Below are positions 26,816-35,685 of a stretch of 64,000 bases of DNA, piece by piece. A program made the translations under genes and the position numbers. The stretch lies in IMG/VR virus record IMGVR_UViG_3300029955_000001. The stretch is one strand, 5' to 3'. The stretch's first letter is position 1, and each line of letters begins with the position of its first letter. Below the pieces are notes generated by a model, which worked only from the letters and a program-made list of their open reading frames with translations, was not told the DNA's origin and ran no database searches. Source of the DNA: a virus. Its lineage: Duplodnaviria > Caudoviricetes.

Positions 26816-27824
26816 TTACAAATAAATAACAGATTGAGTTTCTTTTATATTAGAAAATTCACCTTTTACTATTAACGCACTAATAATTTTATCTGCTTGT
26901 GTGGATGTTAAACATTCGTATGAATCTTTATCGTAACAATTATTAAAATTCCAACCATTCATCCACCAGTCAGATTGACAAAATTGACACTTATCCGAAT
27001 CTGGAACAATTGGTACAAAGTTCCATCCTAATTGATTGTGGCGTACAGGCATTCTGAGATCTGGTCTGACAGTCGTATAACAACAAAATGATTCTAACGT
27101 CACTACAAGCTGCTAGATGAATTAAACCAGTATCTGCACCTACCACACACTCTGACTTCGCCATGACCTTAGCGGCCTCTAGAAGACTAGTCTTATCGAT
27201 TAAGTCAATGACACCTGGAATTGCTTTAGGCGCCACACCATATTGCGTTCCTGCACCAAATGTTTCAAAAGGGCGTTCTGATTTACCAAGATACACCGGT
27301 GTAATCCCAACGCTAAGTAAGTATTCAGATAACTTAATAATTTCTGCTGCTGGCAGCGCTCTGTTTTTATTGACTTCGGTGGCGCAGATACAAACATATC
27401 TTTCTGGTAATTTGAATTTACTAATGTTGGTCCCGTTAGTTGATATCTTGGGATAATTTTTATGTTCTAATGGCAATACTGTTCCAAGAAGCTTAATTGA
27501 CGCGTAATCGATCAGCGACATACGTAATGGATTAATATCCGCTGTAGGTCCGTTAGGGGAATCTTTTATATCATTTAACCAAACTGCTGTAGTTGCTATC
27601 TTTGATTCGAATCCTTCTTTACCGAGAATTCTAATACGAGATATTGGAACGAAATGAAGAAGAGGTATAAAATATTCTTTTATCATCACATTGTAAATTG
27701 AGTCTGGTTTATTCCAGATATTTTCTATGGCATATTTTAAAGTAGGGGTCGCGGCGACGATGTCGCCTAACGCGCCTGCATTCACCATAAAAAGCCATGG
27801 TGTATTTATTTTTACATTTGGCAT
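26816..27824 (-). CDS. GT9-family (ADP-heptose:LPS heptosyltransferase-like) glycosyltransferase, frameshifted at the A4 run 27085-27088
   Basis: GALGDIVAATP (GxGD motif), KNRALP, IDLIDKTSLLEAAKVM...VVGADTGLIHLAAC; the C-terminus continues in ORF 26816..27103 (CYTTVRP..R.P...C.FC...C...C). Confidence 0.85.
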
Positions 27825-27893
27825 GTTATTTTACCTATTAAGAAACAATGTTAAATTTTCAAATTATACACGCAATTAGTAAAAAATACTACG

Positions 27894-27930
27894 TCATAAA
27901 ACCCAGAGTATTTAGCTCTGGGTTTTATGA
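27894..27930 (-). terminator. Terminator, 15-bp stem
   Basis: TCATAAAACCCAGAG...CTCTGGGTTTTATGA. Confidence 0.75.
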
Positions 27931-27942
27931 TTCTAAAACACT

Positions 27943-28308
27943 TTACGGATGTCTGCTAAATGATTCTAATACGCTCAGTCCGGGATTACAAATATATACA
28001 TCTTTTCCATCTGGTGAAATACAGAAACTATTAGGATTAGTAGTAGCTATCGAAAGCGTAGCTGGTGTTAGAGCAGCTAATAACCCTGTACTCGTATTAA
28101 TAGAAAACATCGATACGCTATTCCCACCGTTATTAGCAGTATATATATTCAATCCATCTGGAGAAATAGTCGGGTACTGTGGCGAAGAACCAGTCGCTAT
28201 AGACGCAGGCACTGTTCCTTGTAATGGTGATAATAGTCCAAACAAACTCTTAACGAAATTAACAAATGAATTAATCGCGTTCGCTGCCAGCGTTCCCATT
28301 AAAGGCAT
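27943..28308 (-). CDS. Short protein with two lactonase/YVTN-type beta-propeller blades
   Basis: IATGSSPQYPTISPDGLNIYTAN.GGNSVSMFSINTSTGLL and NPNSFCISPDGKDVYICN. Confidence 0.7.
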   Translation of the reverse strand: MPLMGTLAANAINSFVNFVKSLFGLLSPLQGTVPASIATGSSPQYPTISPDGLNIYTANNGGNSVSMFSINTSTGLLAALTPATLSIATTNPNSFCISPDGKDVYICNPGLSVLESFSRHP

Positions 28309-28339
28309 GATTATTCCTTCTAACTAATATTTTTTAATA

Positions 28340-28384
28340 AACTAACTACAACAAGTAAAAATCTTATCCATGTTGTAGTTAGTT
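28340..28384 (-). terminator. Hairpin, 14-bp stem
   Basis: AACTAACTACAACA...TGTTGTAGTTAGTT after the fibre gene stop. Confidence 0.65.
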
Positions 28385-28396
28385 TTTTGAATGAAA

Positions 28397-29947
28397 TTAA
28401 AATCTTAATTGTGCGATCTTAGCAATATACGTCGCACTTGCTACCTTGTCGATATTGATTGCGTAGCGATCGTAACCATTTGTTGAAAGACCAGTTGTTG
28501 GTGGTGTATCGTTACCCCAAAATAGATTCGTACCATTTACTAAATCAACACCATCAATTTGTAAACCAGACATGTAGTACGTTGGAGAACTTCCTTGCAA
28601 CACATCAATTATTAATGAAACAGCTATATTGTCGCCAACAACACTGTTAAACGTTGTCGTTGCACTCCACGCGACATTTAAAATGAAATTATTAGTAGCT
28701 GCCACATTACAATACATTACACCTCCTAACGCTACGTAAAAATTCTGTATAGCGGTAGGCGCAGCTGCTATATTTTGAACTACTTCAGCAGCATTAGTTA
28801 AAACGGCAGCAGGAGCATTAATCGATCCATGAGCAACAATACCACCTGTATCTACAATACCGACTGTAGCAGAAGCAGTGGTGGTAGTTATACTAGAAAA
28901 CGTCGCGTTAGATGTAGTTCCTAAACCTAAAGCTGTAGCGGCAGCGGCTGCTGTAACAGCGCCAGTACCGCCATTTGCAATCGCTACAGTGCCGGTAACA
29001 TTACCAGCATTAGTAGCTGTAGTGGCATTACCGGCAAGAGCGCCAGTAAACGTCGTGGCTGACACAGCTGCAAAAGTTGGTGAGTCAGTAGTAGTTAAAC
29101 CAGTAATGTCAGACTGTGATAACACAACAGCACCGACTCTACCAGCAACAGTAGTAACTTCAGTAGTTGCGCCATTCCACTTATCCCAAGTCACTCCATT
29201 AAATACCGCCGAATCCCCCCCCCCACATTCCAACTACTATTTCCATCAAGTGTCGTAGTGCCAGCAGTGCTAACCTTATACACATAACCTTTAGTACCAA
29301 CACCATTTGCTAAAGCTGGTATGTTAGTACCCGCGTTCCAAGTACCTTGATACGACATCGCACTCGTAATAGAAGTAGGTAACTGCGCTAGTGTTAACGT
29401 ACCACCAGCTGTCAAGGTGGCAACACCACTAGCAGCGCCAAGTAACGCGCTACTTACAGGTGTGTATCCAAGAGCACTTGTAATCTGGCTTGATTGTAGA
29501 GTAATAGCGTTTTGATTTAAAAAGGTAGGTGCACCAGTGCCGCCACTTAGCACGAGTTGCCCGGAAACACCAGCTGCGCTAAACAGAGTAGTGTTAACAG
29601 CACTTTGATACGGTAACGCACCTGCTACACCGCCGTCCAAGTTATTAGAAGTGGTTGCGTTTGTAATAGTCCCAGAGAAAGCGCCTACAAACGTAGTAGC
29701 AGTAACTGTATTAAACGTAACATCGGATGTAGTTCCTAAACCTAACGCTGTAGCCGCTCCAGCGGCAGTAGTAGATCCAGTACCACCAAAAGCTATAGCT
29801 AAAATCCCAGAAGAAATATTTGAAGCATTTGAACCATAAATTTTTGTTACCACGTCTTGCGCGTTAACAGGATCAGCTACATTTGTGATTGAGAATGAAT
29901 TTGCGTCTAAGCCAAAACGACTTTTAAAAGCGTAATTGACTACTCAT
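28397..29947 (-). CDS. Tail fibre protein (~515 aa) broken by two homopolymer frameshifts (T4 at 29926-29929, G10 at 29215-29224)
   Basis: Corrected N-terminus MSSQLRFKSRFGLDANSFSITNVADP resembles the T4 gp34 start (KRKFRAEDGLDAGGDKIINVA); alignment to paralog 33309..35675 requires WNVG-D-SAVFNG across the G tract. Confidence 0.8.
29215..29224 (-). repeat. G10 homopolymer tract inside the fibre gene
   Basis: Ten C on the plus strand; frame-disrupting; 5, 8 or 11 G would be in frame. Confidence 0.9.
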
Positions 29948-29996
29948 GATTATTATTCCTAAAGTAATGTCAGTGTAATTACATTTAAACTATCTA

Positions 29997-30650
29997 TTAC
30001 CCAGACGCAACTTGAGCCTGCCTGATAACAGCAAGTACATTCAAATAAACAGTATCCAGATTTGTTGTCGTGCCTAAACTTACTCCGGTCGTAGGATCCA
30101 CTAATGGAATAACGGCTGTTCCGTTATTTACAAGATCGAGTGTTATTGTTATTGGAGATAAAACATCCAAGTGCCTAACAGACCCATCAACAAGAACAAC
30201 GGCATTACTTTGAGAAATTATTGCTGTTGGTAACCCCCCTGTAGAATCTGGCCAATTAATAACTAACTGTGGCGTACGAACATATAACACACCAACCGCA
30301 TTAGCAGAATAATTCGTTGCTGGTGGATTATTAGCAACTTGAGCTTGTCTGATAACTGCGAGTATCTGAAGAAAGACGTTATCCAGCGTTGTAGTGGTTC
30401 CTAAACCAGCACCGGTGACTGGATCTACCAATGGAATAGGGGTGCTCCCGTCGCTCGTAAGATCTATCGGTATCACCAGTGATTGTAAAACATCAAGATT
30501 TCTAGTAGTGTCATCAGCCATCGTAACTGCGTTACTTTGGCATATTGCCGCTACTGGCGACCCAGCTACATCTGGGTAATTTATTACAAGATTTGTAATT
30601 CGAACATAAGGAAGACCTACCGTAGAAGAATCATAATTCGCGCTCATCAC
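29997..30650 (-). CDS. Tandemly duplicated protein, putative fibre chaperone/accessory
   Basis: Two ~105-aa repeats: NY...VG..YVR...LVIN.PD....A.I.QSNAV...D...R.LDVL...IPLVDP.TG..LGTTT.LD.V.L..LAVIRQAQVA. Confidence 0.7.
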   Translation of the reverse strand: MMSANYDSSTVGLPYVRITNLVINYPDVAGSPVAAICQSNAVTMADDTTRNLDVLQSLVIPIDLTSDGSTPIPLVDPVTGAGLGTTTTLDNVFLQILAVIRQAQVANNPPATNYSANAVGVLYVRTPQLVINWPDSTGGLPTAIISQSNAVVLVDGSVRHLDVLSPITITLDLVNNGTAVIPLVDPTTGVSLGTTTNLDTVYLNVLAVIRQAQVASG

Positions 30651-30663
30651 TGCCTCATTTCGT

Positions 30664-32463
30664 CTAATATAAGAACCCGGTTACAATAACTGAAACAGTC
30701 GAAGATATGGCCGACATTGATTGACTAATTCCGATCTGTTGGCCAGCTGCAATTTCTATTCCATCTGGGATATCGTACGATACATTTGTCCCGACACCGT
30801 TTGCGAACGTACCAGTCATATTAGGCACATCGACATTCATAACAATGCCCGAAGTCACCGCAACGGTGGCCGCTGCTCGAACTCGAACTCTACCAGTTAT
30901 AGCGGTAGTAGACGTTGCCTTTATAGTAACTGAAATTGATGACAAACGTAATACCTTACCAGCTGGAACAGTGTAAGATGTTCCCGTCGTCACTGTCCCG
31001 GCAGTGTTTATACTCATTGACGCCAGTGCTTCAGCGGTAACGCCAGCAGCAACGTCCATGTAGAACGTCATATACGTTCTGCCTGTATCGCTAACATTTT
31101 GAACTGGCAAAAATAATGCAGCCTGTGCTGATTTAGGCATACGTGGTGAAGAAGACCCTGCCGCCATACAAGACGTGCCAATTGTCTGAGCAGTTGTACC
31201 AAGACTATTGATCCAAATCGACATCGGTAAATTCGGATTTTGTAAGGTAGGCGCTACAGCGATATTCGCGTTATAAATGACATGAAATACGACCCAAACG
31301 CTATCTGGTGAAAACACTTCGAATATAATCGATGCTGCACCCAACCATCCAAAACGAATTCTGAATATGTTCAAGTTAGCAAAATTAATCGCTACAGGAA
31401 CCCCAGCCTGTGTAAATTTAGAATTAGACAGCCCAGTCAACAGGTCACCGTTCCAAGATGTTCTCGGAGTAGACGTTATTGCGCCGCCAGTCATTCTGGA
31501 TAACGACATTACCCCTGCTTCGTATCCCAGCCATAACCCATTCGCAGAACCGTCCATGTAACCGATACGGGAGAATGTGGCAGCTACTGAACTCGCCCCT
31601 GACCAATAGGCTGTAAAATAAGCAAATATTTCAAAACCAGCACGGTACGTATTTGTAGCAATGGATGACAATAACGCAACTGATGGATTAGTTGTTGTAG
31701 TCGCAACAGTCAGCTGACCTGCTGTCCATGTTGCTGTCGCGCTACCTGACAACGTTGTTTGATTCATTAGCGTGGTAACTGTACCAGCGCCAATAAAACT
31801 CAGTTCGACTTGCGCAGTGCGTTCAGCCACTACAACCTGATTGAAACCATCTACATTGTTCGTATTAAGTGCAACAGGCAAGCCGATGTTTGTTGTAGGT
31901 ATCGCCACACCGTTGATTTCGTTAATCGATACCGGACTATTACCAAGCTGAGTTACTGCGGCTTCAGTGCCATAGTACGTATTAATATTTAACGTTGTTG
32001 TGGTCGCTGTTCCCGTGTTTTGTACCACCACGTTTAAATAGTTCCCATTGATTGGGATCGCCTGATTAAACCCTGTTCCAGCTTTAGCGTAATACACAAA
32101 CGAACTACATTTTGTATTAGAAGAGGACGTGATATACTGATTGACTGTTATCGTGACCGGCTGGTCAGACACAACAGTTAATGAAAGAGTAACTTGATTA
32201 AGAATTGATTCAATTGTCCCAGTGAACACACTAGAAGCAGTAAGTTGCCCGGTTGATGAGTTCACTGTGGATGCGATAAAACTACTTGCTGTCGGCACCA
32301 CCATTATACCATTTGCGCCAGTCCCGGCTGATAAACTATTAACTGCGTACCCTAAGCCATCATTAATAGCAACAGGGATTGATGATTGATCGCTTGCGAG
32401 AACAACAGGCGCCGAGTTAGCACTAGGTGCCTGACCATTTGCGTTATTTGGAGTATAAGACAT
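30664..32463 (-). CDS. Fibre/spike-associated virion protein with a lectin-like beta domain
   Basis: 599 aa; SAPVVLASDQSSIPV leader; NIFRIRFGWLGA lectin-like segment. Confidence 0.65.
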   Translation of the reverse strand: MSYTPNNANGQAPSANSAPVVLASDQSSIPVAINDGLGYAVNSLSAGTGANGIMVVPTASSFIASTVNSSTGQLTASSVFTGTIESILNQVTLSLTVVSDQPVTITVNQYITSSSNTKCSSFVYYAKAGTGFNQAIPINGNYLNVVVQNTGTATTTTLNINTYYGTEAAVTQLGNSPVSINEINGVAIPTTNIGLPVALNTNNVDGFNQVVVAERTAQVELSFIGAGTVTTLMNQTTLSGSATATWTAGQLTVATTTTNPSVALLSSIATNTYRAGFEIFAYFTAYWSGASSVAATFSRIGYMDGSANGLWLGYEAGVMSLSRMTGGAITSTPRTSWNGDLLTGLSNSKFTQAGVPVAINFANLNIFRIRFGWLGAASIIFEVFSPDSVWVVFHVIYNANIAVAPTLQNPNLPMSIWINSLGTTAQTIGTSCMAAGSSSPRMPKSAQAALFLPVQNVSDTGRTYMTFYMDVAAGVTAEALASMSINTAGTVTTGTSYTVPAGKVLRLSSISVTIKATSTTAITGRVRVRAAATVAVTSGIVMNVDVPNMTGTFANGVGTNVSYDIPDGIEIAAGQQIGISQSMSAISSTVSVIVTGFLY

Positions 32464-32474
32464 TATATTTTACC

Positions 32475-33293
32475 TTAGATGATGTACCAATTAGCGCCAT
32501 CCGACACTATCGTTAAAGATGTGTACTGAACTATTAAACTGGCTGTTAAACTCCCGTCTATCGTCTGTGCCCCAGTTGTACTTATCACCACAGTGCCAGT
32601 TCCTATATTTTTAATAGTGTATACGTTTGTGTTTCCAACTGCTGTGGGAAGCGTAATTGGTGCGGCGCCAGATACGAGATAAACATACTTGATGTTTGCG
32701 GTGTTTGCAGCAGTTGTAGCTACAGCGACGCTGTTAACCACAGTATCGTTAGCCACTAAACCAAGAGCCGCTAAGGCGCCTGCTACAGTGGTAGCTCCAG
32801 TTCCACCGTTTGCTACTGCTACAGTGCCGGACACATTACCAGCAGTGGTAGCTGTCGATGCGTTACCAGATAAAGCACCTGTGAAAGTCGTAGCAGACAC
32901 AGATGCAAATGTCGGCGTACCTGTTGTACCTAACCCTAAATTCGTAGCGGCTGCTGCTGCTGTAGTTGCACCAGTGCCACCGAGCGTCAGTGGCACTACT
33001 GCCGCCGCATTCGCAGTTACCTGCGCTTGCAGGTAACCAAACGCCTGTAATGCAGTCGACGATGCAGTTACAGCCGCATTCGTCGCACTAGAAAAACCAG
33101 TTAAAACTGATGATAAAATACTAGCACCAGTTACATATCCAGCTGGATTAGTAGCAGGATATGCTCCCAGTGCTGTTAATGCTGCGGAGGCAGAAGTAGC
33201 GCCAGTACCACCAGCTGCAATCGATATATAATCACCAGATTGAATTTGTTGCCAATCTGAATTATTAAAAACTATTGGAGTACGTGCAGCCAT
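32475..33293 (-). CDS. Short fibre protein with GGTGAT repeats
   Basis: Repeats I/VA.GGTGATTAAAAA.NLGLGT and TFTGAL.GNA.TAT; C-terminal ITLPTAVGNTNVYTIKN..QTIDG. Confidence 0.75.
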   Translation of the reverse strand: MAARTPIVFNNSDWQQIQSGDYISIAAGGTGATSASAALTALGAYPATNPAGYVTGASILSSVLTGFSSATNAAVTASSTALQAFGYLQAQVTANAAAVVPLTLGGTGATTAAAAATNLGLGTTGTPTFASVSATTFTGALSGNASTATTAGNVSGTVAVANGGTGATTVAGALAALGLVANDTVVNSVAVATTAANTANIKYVYLVSGAAPITLPTAVGNTNVYTIKNIGTGTVVISTTGAQTIDGSLTASLIVQYTSLTIVSDGANWYII

Positions 33294-33308
33294 AATGCCT
33301 TCCTTTTA

Positions 33309-35675
33309 TTACAATTGAATTCTTGGCTGGATGCGAACAAGCATTCGTGTTGAACTCAAAGCTTGTCCCACATTACAAACATACTGCCCAGCTGTTGAAG
33401 GAGGAGTTGCTGTAAGATTACCAGCAGTTGTAGCGCTTAAGAAATACTTAACGCCAAATGTCAAACCACCTGATGTACCTGCAATAGCATCCCATTGCGC
33501 TGTTGACGCCACGCACTCACCATCGGTTGCAATCAAACCAGAAGCTCCAGAAGCAATTCCGCTATAAGCAAGACCAACAACAGAAGACGTTGTGCCAGAA
33601 GCAGCGTTTGCCAGCATGAAAGTGCCAGAAGAATCAGAGTACACAGGACTGCAAATTGGAACAGACGCACCAACGTCATTCGTCAAAGTTGAAACCATTG
33701 TCGTTGCGTTAGTTGCTGTACCATTCAATATCGGTGCAGTAACAGCAGCAAACGTTGGTGAGTTAGTTGTACCTAAACCAAGGTTAGTAGCAGCCCCAGT
33801 GGCTGTTGTAGACCCAGTACCGCCGTTAATTACCGCGACAGTTCCAGATACATTACTAGCTGTAGTTGCAGTTGTCGCGTTACCAGTTAAAGCACCTGTA
33901 AACGTGGTAGCAGTAACTGCTGAGAAGGTTACTGAATTACCAGTGCCTAAACCAAGATTAGTAGCTGCAGCAGCAGCGGTAGTCCCGCCAGTACCACCAT
34001 TTGCAATAGCCACTGTACCCGTTACACTACCAGCAGTTGTAGCTGTCGAAGCATTGCCGGTTAATGCACCTACGAAAGTCGTTGATGTTACAGATGTTAA
34101 ACCAGCAATTGTTGTTTGCGAAGCACCTAACGCGATAGACGTAGTGCCAATTGTAACGCTACTGTTAGTCAACGCTGCATTGCCGATACCAGAAAAGTTA
34201 GTACCCGTTAATGTTGGTGTCGTGCTGTAGGATGGAGTCGATCCACCAACTAACACGCCTGCTGCAGTTGCCAGCATTGCTGTAGTACCAGAACCAGTTT
34301 GATACGCGATCGAACCAGCAGCACCACCAACAATATTTGTAGCTGTAGTGGCAGTAGTAGCAGTAGACGCGTTACCTACGAGAGCACCGGTAAACGTAGT
34401 AGCAGTAACTGACGCATGCGTAACTGCACTAGCTGTACCTAAACCTAAGGCAGTAGCAGCAGCTGCTGCTGTAGTAGCACCTGTACCACCATTAGCGATA
34501 GCTACAATACCAGTGACATTACCGGCATTAGTGGCAGTAGTAGCGTTACCAGTAAGAGCACCTGTAAACGTGGTCGCTGTGACACCTGCAAACGTAGGTG
34601 TGCTCGCAGTAGTTAATCCAACAACGTCAGCTTGAGCGAGAGTAACAACACCTTGACGACCAGCTACAGACAAGACGACCGCAGCATCGCCCGGAATCAA
34701 ATCCCAGACCACGCCATCAAACACGATTATGTCGCCAACACTCCAGTTACTATTGCCATCAATGGCTGTAGTACCTGCCGTGCTAACCTTATACTCCCAG
34801 CCCTTAGTACCAACACCAGACGCTAAAGCAGGAATGTTTGTTGATGCATTCCACGTACCTTGATAAACTGTACCGCCCTGTGTAACAACAGAAGGCAATT
34901 GAGCAAGTGTTAAAGTACCGCCAGCTGTCAGGGTGGCAACACCACTAGCAGCACCAAGTAATGCATTACTGATTGGAGTATAGCCTAAAGCGGTTGTAAC
35001 TTGCCCAGATGATAATGTTAACGCGCTCTGTGCTACAAAAGTAGGAGCACCAGTACCGCCACTCAGCGCAACATAACCCGCTGTGCCAGCTGCACTAGTT
35101 GCAGTAGCACCTACAGCAGTTTGGTACACTAAACCACCAGCTACACCGCCCGCTATGTTTGTAGCCGTAGTCGCGGTAGTAGCATTCCCAGCCAATGCAC
35201 CTGTAAACGTTGTTGCTGTAACACCTGCAAACGTAGGTGTACTAGCTGTGCCAAGACCTAATGCAGTAGCAGCAGCTGCTGCTGTAGTGGCTCCAGTGCC
35301 GCCGTTACCGATACCTACAACACCCGACACACTCACGGCAGTAGTTGCTGTGGTGGCGTTCCCGGCTAAGGCGCCTGTAAACGTAGTAGCTGTAACGCCT
35401 GTAAATGTAGGTGAACTACTTGTTGTTAACCCACTAATATCTGCCTGGGCTAGTACCACCGCTCCAGTTCGACCAGCTACAGTCTGAACTGGAGCACCTG
35501 CTGATGTAATGTACGAGTTGGGGTTCGTTGCAGGGTATGCGCCTAATGCTGTTAATGCACCAGAAGCCGAGGTGGCTCCAGTACCACCGTATGGAATATC
35601 AATAAAATTACCAGATTGAATATTCGACGCTTCGCCAGTTACTGGATTTAATACTAATGGCTTCTGACCTGACAT
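33309..35675 (-). CDS. Long repetitive fibre protein with a C-terminal capsid-cement-like anchor domain
   Basis: Many copies of TFTGAL.GNATTAT..V.G.V.I.NGGTG.TTA.AAAT.LGLGT; C-terminal PVY..LANA..VVGLA...G...YFLS..AG.LT..PP..GQYV..VGQALS. Confidence 0.8.
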   Translation of the reverse strand: MSGQKPLVLNPVTGEASNIQSGNFIDIPYGGTGATSASGALTALGAYPATNPNSYITSAGAPVQTVAGRTGAVVLAQADISGLTTSSSPTFTGVTATTFTGALAGNATTATTAVSVSGVVGIGNGGTGATTAAAAATALGLGTASTPTFAGVTATTFTGALAGNATTATTATNIAGGVAGGLVYQTAVGATATSAAGTAGYVALSGGTGAPTFVAQSALTLSSGQVTTALGYTPISNALLGAASGVATLTAGGTLTLAQLPSVVTQGGTVYQGTWNASTNIPALASGVGTKGWEYKVSTAGTTAIDGNSNWSVGDIIVFDGVVWDLIPGDAAVVLSVAGRQGVVTLAQADVVGLTTASTPTFAGVTATTFTGALTGNATTATNAGNVTGIVAIANGGTGATTAAAAATALGLGTASAVTHASVTATTFTGALVGNASTATTATTATNIVGGAAGSIAYQTGSGTTAMLATAAGVLVGGSTPSYSTTPTLTGTNFSGIGNAALTNSSVTIGTTSIALGASQTTIAGLTSVTSTTFVGALTGNASTATTAGSVTGTVAIANGGTGGTTAAAAATNLGLGTGNSVTFSAVTATTFTGALTGNATTATTASNVSGTVAVINGGTGSTTATGAATNLGLGTTNSPTFAAVTAPILNGTATNATTMVSTLTNDVGASVPICSPVYSDSSGTFMLANAASGTTSSVVGLAYSGIASGASGLIATDGECVASTAQWDAIAGTSGGLTFGVKYFLSATTAGNLTATPPSTAGQYVCNVGQALSSTRMLVRIQPRIQL

Positions 35676-35685
35676 GATTTATCCT

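Noticed and set aside
27848-28327. 159-aa plus-strand ORF
   Set aside because: Antisense shadow of the propeller-repeat ORF 27943..28308, which has recognisable motifs and matches local orientation
32689-35487. Several long plus-strand Ala/Val/Pro-rich ORFs
   Set aside because: Antisense shadows of Thr/Ala/Gly-repeat fibre genes, which are naturally stop-poor on the reverse strand
33600-35500. CRISPR array or DGR template/variable repeats
   Set aside because: The repeats are in-frame protein repeats with synonymous variation, with no constant repeat-spacer pattern, no A-specific mismatch pattern and no reverse transcriptase
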